From an uncultured Bulleidia sp. (GTDB lineage: Bacteria; Bacillota_I; Bacilli_A; Erysipelotrichales; Erysipelotrichaceae): a DNA stretch of 64,000 bases. Under the pieces are notes generated by a model. The model was not told the DNA's origin, made no database searches, and was given only the letters and a program-made list of their open reading frames with translations. Shown here one piece after another: positions 29,222 to 38,968 of this stretch (position 1 is the first letter of the stretch; each line of letters starts with the position of its first letter). Position numbers and translations under genes: made by a program. Location of the stretch: the NCBI GenBank assembly GCA_934757945.1, contig CAKVLT010000001.1:4612-68611 (forward strand), written 5' to 3'.

Positions 29222-30252
29222 CAGTCGATTACTTCCTTCTTACCATACATTTCATTGTAGTAGTTCTGGTAGTCACCGGAAATGATGTCTTCCCACCATT
29301 CCTTGTTATTCAGATACCACTGAATTGTCTTCTTAATGCCATCTTTGAACATTGTTTCAGGTAACCAGCCAAGATCTGCATGAATCTTGGCAGGATCAAT
29401 GGCATATCTCTGGTCATGACCAGCTCTGTCTGTAACATGTTCAATCAAAGATTCAGGTTTGCCTAATTCTTCAAGAATAATCTTAACAATATCAATATTT
29501 CTCATTTCATTATGTCCACCGATATTGTAAACTTCGCCAACTTTCCCCTTACGGATAATCAGATCAATAGCTTTACAATGATCTTCAACATATAACCAGT
29601 CTCTGACATTTAAGCCTTCTCCGTATACAGGAAGTTTCTTATCAGCCAGTGCATTGGCAATCATCAGAGGAATCAGTTTTTCAGGGAACTGATAAGGTCC
29701 GTAGTTATTAGAACATCTGGAAATGGTTACAGGTAAACCAAATGTTCTGTGATAAGCATTTACAAGTAAATCTGCACCTGCTTTGGAAGAAGAATATGGG
29801 GAAGATGTATGTAAAGGTGTTGTCTCTGTGAAGAACAGGTCAGGTCTGTCTAATGGAAGATCACCATACACTTCATCAGTAGATACCTGATGATATCTCT
29901 TAACACCATATTTTCTGGAAACATCCATCAGTACACTTGTACCGATAATATTTGTATCCAGGAAAATTTCCGGATTTTCAATAGATCTGTCAACATGGCT
30001 TTCTGCCGCAAAGTTGACAACGATATCCGGTTTTTCATCCGCAAAGATTTTATCAATAGCTTCTCTGTCGCAGATATCTGTCTTATAGAATTTGAACTGA
30101 GGGTTATCCATGACATCTTTTAATGTCTTCAGATTTCCTGCATAAGTTAACTTATCTACGCAGATGATTTTATCTTCCGGATGTTCCTTTAATTCCAGAA
30201 ATACAAAGTTACTTCCGATAAATCCTGCTCCGCCTGTGACTAAAATATTCAT
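29221..30252 (-). CDS. rmlB: dTDP-glucose 4,6-dehydratase
   Basis: 343 aa starting MNILVTGGAGFIGSNF, with the YxxxK catalytic motif. Confidence 0.9.
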   Translation of the reverse strand: MNILVTGGAGFIGSNFVFLELKEHPEDKIICVDKLTYAGNLKTLKDVMDNPQFKFYKTDICDREAIDKIFADEKPDIVVNFAAESHVDRSIENPEIFLDTNIIGTSVLMDVSRKYGVKRYHQVSTDEVYGDLPLDRPDLFFTETTPLHTSSPYSSSKAGADLLVNAYHRTFGLPVTISRCSNNYGPYQFPEKLIPLMIANALADKKLPVYGEGLNVRDWLYVEDHCKAIDLIIRKGKVGEVYNIGGHNEMRNIDIVKIILEELGKPESLIEHVTDRAGHDQRYAIDPAKIHADLGWLPETMFKDGIKKTIQWYLNNKEWWEDIISGDYQNYYNEMYGKKEVID

Positions 30253-30257
30253 ACTGT

Positions 30258-31172
30258 TTATTTCTCCTTTTCCTGTTTATTAATTGGTCCCTGAATACTG
30301 TTATTTGCCAGATTTCTCAGATACTCCCCATAAGGGCTCTTACCATAGACATCTGCTGCAGCAAGAAGCTGTTCTTCATTGATCCATTTGTTATAGAAAG
30401 CAATTTCTTCCGGTACAGAGATACGAATTCCCTGAATATGTTCGATACTTCTGACATAGTTAGTAGCTTCTGCCATGGATTCAATAGTTCCTGTATCAAT
30501 CCAGGAGAAACCTCTTCCCAATACCTGAAGATCAAGATCACCTTCTTCAAGATAAATCTTATTCAGATCGGTAATTTCATATTCGCCTCTTGCACTAGGT
30601 TCCAGCTGTGAAGCGTACTGTAATACTCTGTTATCATAGAAATACAGACCAACTACTGCATAGTTGCTCTTAGGGTGAGCTGGTTTTTCTTCAAGAGAAA
30701 TGACCTTACCGTCTTCATCGAATTCTGCAATACCAAATCTTTCCGGATCATTGACATATTTACCGAAAACAGTAGCTCTGTGATTATCTTCTGCATTTCT
30801 TACTGCTTCTCTCAGCATTCTGCCAAAGTGGTTACCATAGAAAATGTTATCTCCAAGAACCAGACATGCCGTGTCATCACCGACAAATTCCTTACCCAGA
30901 ACAAATGCCTGTGCCAGTCCATTAGGAACTTCCTGCACTTTATATTCAAAGTGCACACCAAATTCACTTCCGTCTCCCAGCAATTGTTCGAAGTTAGGGA
31001 GATCATGAGGGGTAGAGATAATCAGAATATCTCTGATACCTGCAAGCATCAATGTACTGATTGGATAAAAAATCATTGGCTTATCATACACAGGTAATAA
31101 TTGTTTACTTGTTACACGTGTCAGTGGATATAATCTTGTTCCTGATCCACCGGCCAGAATAATACCTTTCAT
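30258..31172 (-). CDS. rmlA: glucose-1-phosphate thymidylyltransferase
   Basis: [18 protein letters not shown] with a GGAGGTG Shine-Dalgarno. The track start at 31187 lies upstream of that Shine-Dalgarno. Confidence 0.9.
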   Translation of the reverse strand: MKGIILAGGSGTRLYPLTRVTSKQLLPVYDKPMIFYPISTLMLAGIRDILIISTPHDLPNFEQLLGDGSEFGVHFEYKVQEVPNGLAQAFVLGKEFVGDDTACLVLGDNIFYGNHFGRMLREAVRNAEDNHRATVFGKYVNDPERFGIAEFDEDGKVISLEEKPAHPKSNYAVVGLYFYDNRVLQYASQLEPSARGEYEITDLNKIYLEEGDLDLQVLGRGFSWIDTGTIESMAEATNYVRSIEHIQGIRISVPEEIAFYNKWINEEQLLAAADVYGKSPYGEYLRNLANNSIQGPINKQEKEK

Positions 31173-31205
31173 TATAGGCACCTCCATTACAAGTGTATCA
31201 TAAAA

Positions 31206-31228
31206 GATGACGTAACGTCATCTTCAAG
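31206..31228 (-). terminator. perfect palindrome: terminator for the MerR-methyltransferase gene, overlapping the spacer of the candidate rml promoter
   Basis: AAGATGACGT|AACGTCATCTT is followed by TTTATGATAC on the minus strand. TTGAAG and TATGAT flank it with 17-nt spacing. Confidence 0.5.
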
Positions 31229-31252
31229 TATTTCTTTTCAAATTCCACAATT

Positions 31253-32425
31253 TCACATAATTGAGCAAAGAAAAATACCGGCATCTTTAGTGATAGTAAA
31301 TCCCTTTTCAACTTTCTCTTCTACAAACTGTTTAAATTCTCTGTATCTGTCCAGCAGGATGTGGTTCTGATTACCATGACAAGATAAGATATAGGCAATA
31401 AGCGGTTCCGCTTCATTTACCTCTATTCTGTCTTCGTATTTTCTCATTTCCACTTCTTTAAAGTGTCTCTGTAAAATTTCCTTCCCATTTTCCAGTCCGA
31501 ACACTTCATACAGACATTCATTGGACAAAACGATATCCTCATGAAATTCCTGCACAAGATCTGTAATCTCCTTCATATGTTCTGAACTGTAGGTACTGCA
31601 TGAAAAAGTGCCTTTAGGGCTTAGGATCCTCTTACATTCTTCTATTACCGCATCCACATCTTCAAAGTAAAACAGCACATGATTGGCAATCACTATATCA
31701 AAGGTATTATCCTCATACGGAATATGATGGCAATCCACTTTTGCATAGCTAAACCGTGTATCTTTTCCTATAGACTCTCTGGCATCTCTCAGCATCCCTT
31801 CTGAGATATCTGTAAGGGTAATATGGATATTCTCCGGCAATACATGCAGATTTTCTTTCCATAATGCGCCATTACCACACCCTATTTCCAGTACACGGAC
31901 AGTATCTTTTAACGGCAATTGTTTTAACATCCATGGAAACCACCCTTCTTTATTCACACTGTATTCAGAATGTAATCGAATACGTGCAGAAACATTTGTG
32001 GCATCCTGATATTGTATCTTTAAGGACTGATCCACACTGGTCATATGAATCAGATCCAGCATCTTATTCCAGTGCATAGTTTCATGATTTTCAATAGCTT
32101 CTACTGTATCACATAACGCTTTATGTACATCTTTTAATTCTGCGATTCTTTCCTGTACAAGTTTCTTCTGAATCTGCAGAGAATCCAGAAGAAAAGCCTC
32201 TTCTGCAGAGCCCACCGTCATTTCACGAATATCATCCAGAGAAAATCCAAGATATTTAAACAGCAATATCTGCTGTAATCTTGCAAGATCTGCATCTGTA
32301 TAGACTCTGGTGCCGTTTTCCTTTCGATAAGACGGTTTCAATATATTCTTATTGTCATACCAGCGTATGGTACGTAAAGTCACATGTGCCTTCTTGGCAA
32401 ATTGTCCGCTTGTATAATATTTCAT
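31253..32425 (-). CDS. MerR-family HTH regulator fused to a class-I SAM-dependent methyltransferase domain
   Basis: The N-terminus MKYYTSGQFAKKAHVTLRTIRWYD is a classic MerR start, followed by a coiled coil. The methyltransferase part shows LEIGCGNGALW (motif I) and IVIANHVLFY. Confidence 0.75.
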   Translation of the reverse strand: MKYYTSGQFAKKAHVTLRTIRWYDNKNILKPSYRKENGTRVYTDADLARLQQILLFKYLGFSLDDIREMTVGSAEEAFLLDSLQIQKKLVQERIAELKDVHKALCDTVEAIENHETMHWNKMLDLIHMTSVDQSLKIQYQDATNVSARIRLHSEYSVNKEGWFPWMLKQLPLKDTVRVLEIGCGNGALWKENLHVLPENIHITLTDISEGMLRDARESIGKDTRFSYAKVDCHHIPYEDNTFDIVIANHVLFYFEDVDAVIEECKRILSPKGTFSCSTYSSEHMKEITDLVQEFHEDIVLSNECLYEVFGLENGKEILQRHFKEVEMRKYEDRIEVNEAEPLIAYILSCHGNQNHILLDRYREFKQFVEEKVEKGFTITKDAGIFLCSIM

Positions 32426-32475
32426 ACCTCTATTTAAGCACAAAAAAACCACATCTTTCAATGTGGTTTTTCAGG

Positions 32476-32548
32476 CGCCTTAAACAGGGCTCGAACCTGT
32501 GACACCCTGGTTAACAGCCAGGTGCTCTGCCGACTGAGCTATTAAGGC
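32476..32548 (-). tRNA. tRNA-Asn (anticodon GUU)
   Basis: The manual cloverleaf is acceptor GCCTTAA/TTAAGGC, D-arm GCTC-AGTCGGCA-GAGC, anticodon stem CCTGG/CCAGG with loop CTGTTAA, variable loop GTGTC and T-arm ACAGG-TTCGAGC-CCTGT. Discriminator G, then CC. Confidence 0.85.
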
Positions 32549-32597
32549 ATCCGCATGAATTATTATACGCATCCTCAACTCAATTGCAAGCACTTTT

Positions 32598-33740
32598 TTA
32601 TTTTGTTTTATCCAAAAGTTGGTTTAAAGTCAGACCGCAATAATACAGTTCCATCTGGAACCAGTTTTTAACGTCTTTAATTGTCTCTACAGTAGTATCT
32701 TTACACTCACTGCCTGTCACATCATTTGTAAAATCTACAGTACAGGTGCCCATAGATCCCTGATCACTCAACCAGTTATATACATAGTGAATCGTTCTGT
32801 TAGAATACTGGAACACATGTTTATCAAAATCTATAAGATACTGTTCATTATCACTGTTAAAGTTGGATATATAGGTTCCATCTTCCTGCTTTGTATAATT
32901 CAGTCTGTTGACCAGTCTCTTCTTAAATGTGGCTTCTACACTGTCTTCTGGAGAATCATCGTCATCTGTTAATGTCGCTATGGCATCTGTATCAATCTTG
33001 TCTGTAGATACATAGCTCTTTTCATTTTCTTTTGTCTCATCTGAAATGATGACTTCTGTTGTGCCCAGGCTGGAATATTCCACACTGGAATCATACGTCA
33101 CATCTACTGTCTGTCCGGATAAAGTAATCGTACAGGTAAACACTGCCGTTTCTGACAGGAAATACCCGTTTTCATCAAAAGTGTCTTCCACCTTTCCGGA
33201 TTTCACTTCAAAATCATCGTACTGATCCAAGCCATATTGATCATATCTGTTTAAAAGAATCTCTTTAGCAGCTTCTTTAGTCAGATTTACTGTACAGGCA
33301 GTCTCCTTCACACTTAAAGATTCTATCTGTTCTTCTGTGTACTTTATTGGCGTCAATGGAACAAGAAGGATCTGCTTCAGATGGCTTTCGTCCATATCTT
33401 CATAATAGGTTACCCCATTAAAAGTACTGTATAGTCTTCCCTCATAGTAATCTCCTGAAAACTGAGATTTCATACCATTTGCATCAATGTGCTGTGTATA
33501 GGCACTTGCATCCCGGCCAACCTGTAATACACCATCCATGGTATATGCACTCATAGAAGAATCACTGTAAGACATGGTGTAAGTATTACTGACAGCTACT
33601 GTATAATTCTCAGAAAAAGAGGCGGTATCCACCAGTTTTGCATAGTCTGCATACTCATCAGCAGTTGAGCTTACCGGTTCTGCGGTTTTACATCCTGCGC
33701 AAAGGCACAGGGATAATAATGCTAATATTTGTTTTTTCAT
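32598..33740 (-). CDS. hypothetical lipoprotein
   Basis: MKKQILALLSLCLCAGC is a signal peptide with a lipobox. The rest is Ser/Thr/Tyr/Asp-rich with no motif I recognise. Confidence 0.6.
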   Translation of the reverse strand: MKKQILALLSLCLCAGCKTAEPVSSTADEYADYAKLVDTASFSENYTVAVSNTYTMSYSDSSMSAYTMDGVLQVGRDASAYTQHIDANGMKSQFSGDYYEGRLYSTFNGVTYYEDMDESHLKQILLVPLTPIKYTEEQIESLSVKETACTVNLTKEAAKEILLNRYDQYGLDQYDDFEVKSGKVEDTFDENGYFLSETAVFTCTITLSGQTVDVTYDSSVEYSSLGTTEVIISDETKENEKSYVSTDKIDTDAIATLTDDDDSPEDSVEATFKKRLVNRLNYTKQEDGTYISNFNSDNEQYLIDFDKHVFQYSNRTIHYVYNWLSDQGSMGTCTVDFTNDVTGSECKDTTVETIKDVKNWFQMELYYCGLTLNQLLDKTK

Positions 33741-33780
33741 ACTCAAAAAGTATAGCAAATAAATATCGTTTCGTTTGTGA

Positions 33781-33810
33781 ATCTTAAAAAAAGAAGCATT
33801 TCTGCTTCTT
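33781..33810 (-). terminator. terminator after ychF
   Basis: AAGAAGCA/TGCTTCTT stem overlapping the ychF stop codon, followed by TTTTT on the minus strand. Confidence 0.55.
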
Positions 33811-34909
33811 ATACGTTAAATCTGAAGAATACAACATCTCCGTCCTGCATGATATATTCTTTGCCTTCAATACGAAGTTTGCCGTGTTCTTTTAAAGATA
33901 GTTCCGTTCCGTATTCCATCAGATCTTCATAACTGTAAACTTCTGCCTTAATGAAGCCTTTTTCAAAATCTGTATGGATAATACCTGCACACTGAGGTGC
34001 TTTCATTCCTTCATGAAATGTCCATGCTCTGCATTCAGGCTCCCCTACTGTAAAGAATGTACGCAGGCCTAAAAGATGATACGCTGCCTGAATAATCTGA
34101 TCCAGACCACTTGTTTCAATGCCTAGATCTTCCAGGAAAGCCACTTTTTCTTCTTTGCTTAACCCTGACAATTCTTCTTCAATCTTTGCACAGACAGCAA
34201 TGCATTCACTGCCTTCTTTCGCAGCATATTCTTTTACTTTTGCAAAATAAGCATTTTCTGATGGATCAGCAATGTCTTCGTCAGACATGTTTGCTACATA
34301 AATAACAGGTTTACTTGTTAATAAACCGTAGTTCTTTAACATAGCTTCATCCTCTTCTGTAAGATCAAGCAAGCGGATGGAGGTACCTGCTTCCAGTGCA
34401 GTCTTGAACTTTGTTAAAGAGTTCATTTCTTTCACAGCATCCTTATCTTTTGTCTGTGCTTTTTTAGCCACTTTACCAATTCTGTTTTCTACTGTATCCA
34501 GATCTGCAAGACATAGCTCCATGTTAATTTCTTCAATATCTCTGATTGGATCCACACTGCCTTCTACGTGTTCAATGTTCGCATCATCGAAACAACGTAC
34601 CACATGTACAATAGCATCTGTCTGACGAATATTAGCCAGGAACTGGTTACCTAAGCCTTCACCTTTGGAGGCACCTTTTACAAGACCTGCAATGTCTGTA
34701 AATTCGAAAGTAGTATAGATGGTCTTCTTTGGATTAAACATCTTTACAAAATCATCCATTCTGTGATCAGGCACTTCTACTACACCTACGTTTGGTGCAA
34801 TAGTTGCGAACGGATAGTTTTCTGCCAGTACCTGGCTGTTTGTGATGGCATTAAATAATGTGGATTTTCCTACGTTAGGCAATCCAACTATACCTGCTGT
34901 TAATGACAT
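33809..34909 (-). CDS. ychF: ribosome-binding ATPase YchF (Obg-family GTPase)
   Basis: 366 aa with GLPNVGKSTLFNAIT and a C-terminal TGS domain. Confidence 0.92.
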   Translation of the reverse strand: MSLTAGIVGLPNVGKSTLFNAITNSQVLAENYPFATIAPNVGVVEVPDHRMDDFVKMFNPKKTIYTTFEFTDIAGLVKGASKGEGLGNQFLANIRQTDAIVHVVRCFDDANIEHVEGSVDPIRDIEEINMELCLADLDTVENRIGKVAKKAQTKDKDAVKEMNSLTKFKTALEAGTSIRLLDLTEEDEAMLKNYGLLTSKPVIYVANMSDEDIADPSENAYFAKVKEYAAKEGSECIAVCAKIEEELSGLSKEEKVAFLEDLGIETSGLDQIIQAAYHLLGLRTFFTVGEPECRAWTFHEGMKAPQCAGIIHTDFEKGFIKAEVYSYEDLMEYGTELSLKEHGKLRIEGKEYIMQDGDVVFFRFNV

Positions 34910-34914
34910 ATATC

Positions 34915-35118
34915 TTATTCTCCCTCTGTATGTTCTACGACTTTTTTCAGTTTCTTTTCAAATATATACCGGTCAAACATGATGATAGCACCACATCCCT
35001 GACACTGAATCTTGATGTCTGCACCAACACGAATAATTTTCCACAGTTTACTTTTATGACATGGATGCTCTTTCTTCATCTCCACAATATCATTCAGCCC
35101 GTATTCCATTACCTGCAT
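34915..35118 (-). CDS. DUF951-family small protein
   Basis: 67 aa with CxxC motifs. This family commonly sits beside ychF in Firmicutes. Confidence 0.6.
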   Translation of the reverse strand: MQVMEYGLNDIVEMKKEHPCHKSKLWKIIRVGADIKIQCQGCGAIIMFDRYIFEKKLKKVVEHTEGE

Positions 35119-35966
35119 ATATGTTCTCTTTCCTCATAAGATTGTAAAGTATTTAGAAGCAAAGCACAAATGGTCATTGGGCCAACGCCCTTTGGAACCG
35201 GAGTAATATAGCTGACTTTATCCAGAACATCCTGCGTATCCACATCACCGCATAAATGTCCGTCAACTCTGTTAATACCCACATCTATGACTACTGCACC
35301 TTCTTTAACATAATCCGAGCGGATTACCTGGGGTCTTCCCATTGCCACAACAAGTATGTCGGCATTTCTTGTAACAGAGGCAAGATCCTTTGTTTTAGAG
35401 TGACAGATAGTAACAGTTGCATTGGCATCCTGTAATAATCTTGCGACAGGATTACCCACAAGTCTGCTTCTTCCAACTACTACTGCCTGTTTGCCTGTCA
35501 GATCCACATGCAAAGCTTCTAATATTTTCATAATACCGAGTGGTGTACAAGGCACAAATCTTGGTTCTCCTGAAAACAGATGTCCTATATTAATAGGATG
35601 TAATCCATCTACGTCTTTAGAAGGAGCAATTTTCAGAATAGCCTGATTTTCATCCAGATGAGAAGGTAACGGCATCTGTAAAAGAATGCCATCACAGTTA
35701 TCGTTTTCATTACACTTCTGTATTTCTTCTTCCAGCTGAGATTGTGTAGTCTGCTCCTTGAGATGATGAACTACATTTTCTATACCTGCCTGCAGGCATT
35801 TATTGTTTTTCCCCTTAATATAAGAAAGAGAGGCAGGATTATTTCCTACAATGATTGTATCCAGACGAGGTGTTCTTCTTCCCTGTAATCGATACGTATC
35901 TACTTTGGTCTTCATTTCAGCCAATAAAGTGCTGGATAATTCGCTTCCATAGAACAATTCTCCCAT
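35109..35966 (-). CDS. folD: bifunctional 5,10-methylene-THF dehydrogenase / methenyl-THF cyclohydrolase
   Basis: 285 aa with the typical FolD architecture (GRSxLVG NAD site). Confidence 0.9.
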   Translation of the reverse strand: MGELFYGSELSSTLLAEMKTKVDTYRLQGRRTPRLDTIIVGNNPASLSYIKGKNNKCLQAGIENVVHHLKEQTTQSQLEEEIQKCNENDNCDGILLQMPLPSHLDENQAILKIAPSKDVDGLHPINIGHLFSGEPRFVPCTPLGIMKILEALHVDLTGKQAVVVGRSRLVGNPVARLLQDANATVTICHSKTKDLASVTRNADILVVAMGRPQVIRSDYVKEGAVVIDVGINRVDGHLCGDVDTQDVLDKVSYITPVPKGVGPMTICALLLNTLQSYEEREHICR

Positions 35967-36013
35967 ATTTCTTCTCCTTCTTATGTGTAATATCCGATAT
36001 TATACCTTATTCA

Positions 36014-36463
36014 TCACTTCAAATCATCGGAATCCAGAAGAATCGTTACAGGTCCGTCATTTAATAATGTAACTTTCATATCTGCTCCGAAAATACCTTC
36101 TTCCACTGTAAACCCAAGTTGTCTCATGTACTCGTTGAAGTACATATATAATTTGTTTGCATGATCAGGTTTACCCGCTTTGGAAAAAGATGGTCTGTTT
36201 CCTTTATGACAGTCTGCATAGAGGGTAAACTGGGAAATGGAAAGAATAGCTCCATCTACCTGTCGCAGATCCAGATTCATTTTATCTTCATCATCTGTAA
36301 ATATACGTAATTTTGATATTTTATCTGCAACTTTTTTGACAATTTCCTCTGTATCATTATCTTCGATTCCGACCAGAATCATAAATCCCTTTTGTATAGC
36401 ACCATGAGTTTTCCCGTCAATGACTACTTCCGCATGGCTTACTCTCTGTATTACTGTACGCAT
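36014..36463 (-). CDS. dtd: D-aminoacyl-tRNA deacylase
   Basis: 149 aa starting MRTVIQRVSHAEVVIDGK, with the SQFTL motif. Confidence 0.9.
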   Translation of the reverse strand: MRTVIQRVSHAEVVIDGKTHGAIQKGFMILVGIEDNDTEEIVKKVADKISKLRIFTDDEDKMNLDLRQVDGAILSISQFTLYADCHKGNRPSFSKAGKPDHANKLYMYFNEYMRQLGFTVEEGIFGADMKVTLLNDGPVTILLDSDDLK

Positions 36464-36644
36464 ATATCTTCCTTCTTTCGCACCTTATTGTACCAAATAT
36501 CCAACCAATACTGCACATTTGATTATTAACACGACAATTCCTGCATTTTGTCGCGTTTTCCTTGTGGTAATGTGGGACACGTATGTGAATTCACCCCATA
36601 AACTTGTAATTTCTTAAGAATTATTGTTTGATAGGGTCATGTTG

Positions 36645-37787
36645 ATGAGAAAAATGAACAAAAAACCACTAAAGGGAATCGCAGTTTCACTGGCAAGCTT
36701 CATGCTTTTAACAGGCAGTGCACTTCAGGTTTCCGCAGAAGAAACTACATCAAGCGACCCTATTCTTGATGCAAGCAATGGAAGTATTGCCATCTACGAA
36801 CTCGACATGAACGACCAAACTCCAATGGATACACTCAAGCAGGAGGTCATTACCAAATATGTAGACAGTGATCCAACATTGAGTTTAGATGACATTGACA
36901 TGGAGAAATCCATTGTCGTAACTAACGCATTTGACCGTACAAAGGCTGGATTACAGTCTGTAAACGTAAGCTTAGACATTGTAAAAAAAGGCGAAAACGT
37001 AACACAGCAAAACACGGTTGGATATGATTTTACAGAAAAAGCTGCTATTAAATTAGTTGAACCGGATGGTCCGCAGATTATTCTGAAAGCTACTGAAGTA
37101 ACTATTGATCTTGGAAGTACATTTAACTATTCTGATAACCTCGGTATTGTACAGACATCCGATGGCAAGCTTCCTGCTATGAAGGAAACTGACAATGTAG
37201 ATGTCAATACTGAAGGTACATATACTTGTGATGTGACTGCTATTGATGCCAAAGGTGAAAAGACAGAGGTTACATTTACAGTAAACGTAAAGAAACCTGC
37301 AGAAGTAATCCGTGCTGAAGAAGAAGCAGCCGCTGCTGCGGAAGCTGCTGCAGAAGAAGCCGCAAGACAGGAACAGTTAGCACAGGAACAGGCCGCTGCC
37401 CTTGCAGCGTCTTATGCAAACTTAGGCGCAGGATTAGCTGCTAACGCTGATGCAAGTTCCATTGTCTCCTATGCCTTATCCTTTGTAGGTGTTCCATATG
37501 TATGGGGTGGTACTACTCCTGCCGGATTTGACTGTTCTGGATTTACACAGTTTGTCTATGCACAGTTCGGTATCTCCATGGCACACAGTTCCTATGCTCA
37601 GGAAAATATGGGCACACTGGTTTCTATTGATAACGCACAGCCTGGTGACCTTGTCACATGGAACGGACATGCAGCAATCTATATCGGTGGTGGTAATGTT
37701 GTGAATGCCATGAGTTATGGTACAGGTGTTGCAGTATGTTCTATCTATGCCATCGGTAATGGCAATATGCAGATTCACCGTTTATAA
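36645..37787 (+). CDS. secreted NlpC/P60 endopeptidase, paralogue of the 21178..22230 gene
   Basis: Signal peptide MNKKPLKGIAVSLASFMLLTGSALQVSA. The architecture matches the paralogue: Ig-like middle domain, Ala/Glu-rich linker, then an NlpC/P60 domain (FDCSGFTQFVY). The start is uncertain, either 36645 or 36654. Confidence 0.8.
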   Translation: MRKMNKKPLKGIAVSLASFMLLTGSALQVSAEETTSSDPILDASNGSIAIYELDMNDQTPMDTLKQEVITKYVDSDPTLSLDDIDMEKSIVVTNAFDRTKAGLQSVNVSLDIVKKGENVTQQNTVGYDFTEKAAIKLVEPDGPQIILKATEVTIDLGSTFNYSDNLGIVQTSDGKLPAMKETDNVDVNTEGTYTCDVTAIDAKGEKTEVTFTVNVKKPAEVIRAEEEAAAAAEAAAEEAARQEQLAQEQAAALAASYANLGAGLAANADASSIVSYALSFVGVPYVWGGTTPAGFDCSGFTQFVYAQFGISMAHSSYAQENMGTLVSIDNAQPGDLVTWNGHAAIYIGGGNVVNAMSYGTGVAVCSIYAIGNGNMQIHRL

Positions 37788-37797
37788 GAAACTTTTT

Positions 37798-37824
37798 AAG
37801 ACTGCCAGACAGCAGTCTTTTTTT
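37798..37824 (+). terminator. rho-independent terminator
   Basis: AAGACTGC/GCAGTCTT stem followed by TTTTTTTAT. Confidence 0.7.
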
Positions 37825-37873
37825 ATCCAGTTTTGTTTTCCAGCCCTTTCAAAATCCTGTATAATAAAGGCCT

Positions 37874-38863
37874 ATGAAAAACTTAATGATTAACAGTGCT
37901 CTTTTAGACATATTTGATTTTCCATCCAGAAATATCGTTCTTTCTGAAGAAACGATGAATCTGGATGATCAAATGGTGGAAAAGTATGTAAGAGCTCAGA
38001 TTGTAAAATGCTTTCAGGATATTCGTTGTCAGGATGGCTTCTTTCACGAAGGAAGTCCTTTTCTGAATACACTGAAAAGCTATACACGATTGCCTTCTTT
38101 CTCTTCAGAACTGGCTGAAACTTTCATTACACCGTATAAGGATCAGATAGACACAAGTTTTGACGTTCTCTATGTGGACTTTCAATGTGATGATGTGCCA
38201 TATATCGGCATGTTCTTTCTCGAAAGCCAAAGAGCCATTACCCACCACACACAGATCAGTGATCAGCTGTATAACACTGTTGTCCCAAGTACATGTGTTT
38301 TACCTTCTACAAGTAAGAAGCTGAACACTTTTGCCATTATTAACAGAATCAACTGCAATATTAAATATTGTGATGTAAAACAATGGCCGGAATCTGTGCC
38401 GAATTTCCTGCAAAAACAGATATTAGATTGCACCAGTGAGAAATCAAAAAAGGAAATTCTGCAGGATGTGCAGACAATTGTAGAAGAAGTGGCCGAACAA
38501 AGTGAAGAAAACAACACCGTTGTCCTTTCAAAATTCAAAAACTACGTCAAAGAAAACAGTGAAATCTCTGATACCTTATCTTTTGATTCCATTGCAGAAC
38601 ATGTATTCCCGGAATCCAAGGCTTTACAGGAGTCTTTTCATGCTAAGACAATAGAAAAAGAGCTTCCTAAAGAAGTAGAATTACCTCCTCAGTCTGTCCA
38701 GAGAACCATGAAAAACCAGCGAATCAAAACAGATACGGGTATTGAACTGTCTTTCCCTACTACTTACTTTCAAAGCCCGGAATACATTGAATTTATCAAC
38801 AAACCCGATGGAACTATCTCCATTGAAATCAAAAACATAGGAAAAATCATTCCTAAAGGATAA
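37874..38863 (+). CDS. nucleoid-associated protein, NdpA/YejK (NA37) family-like
   Basis: 329 aa. The N-terminal (NIVLSEE...) and C-terminal (TDTGIELSFPTTYFQSPEYIEF...ISIEIKNIG) regions align in pattern with E. coli YejK. Confidence 0.5.
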   Translation: MKNLMINSALLDIFDFPSRNIVLSEETMNLDDQMVEKYVRAQIVKCFQDIRCQDGFFHEGSPFLNTLKSYTRLPSFSSELAETFITPYKDQIDTSFDVLYVDFQCDDVPYIGMFFLESQRAITHHTQISDQLYNTVVPSTCVLPSTSKKLNTFAIINRINCNIKYCDVKQWPESVPNFLQKQILDCTSEKSKKEILQDVQTIVEEVAEQSEENNTVVLSKFKNYVKENSEISDTLSFDSIAEHVFPESKALQESFHAKTIEKELPKEVELPPQSVQRTMKNQRIKTDTGIELSFPTTYFQSPEYIEFINKPDGTISIEIKNIGKIIPKG

Positions 38864-38890
38864 TCACCAGTGGTGATTATTTTTTTATTA
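38862..38890 (+). terminator. rho-independent terminator
   Basis: AATCAC/GTGATT stem followed by ATTTTTTTATT. Confidence 0.65.
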
Positions 38891-38968
38891 CTTTACGCAA
38901 AATGACATTTTATGTTACTTATTTCGTTGTATACTGAAACTAGAAAACTTTAAAAGGAGTTATATAAC

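Noticed and set aside
36464-36644. A c-di-AMP (ydaO) riboswitch ahead of the second NlpC/P60 gene
   Set aside because: The leader is only about 160 nt including the promoter and lacks the conserved ydaO elements. No support.
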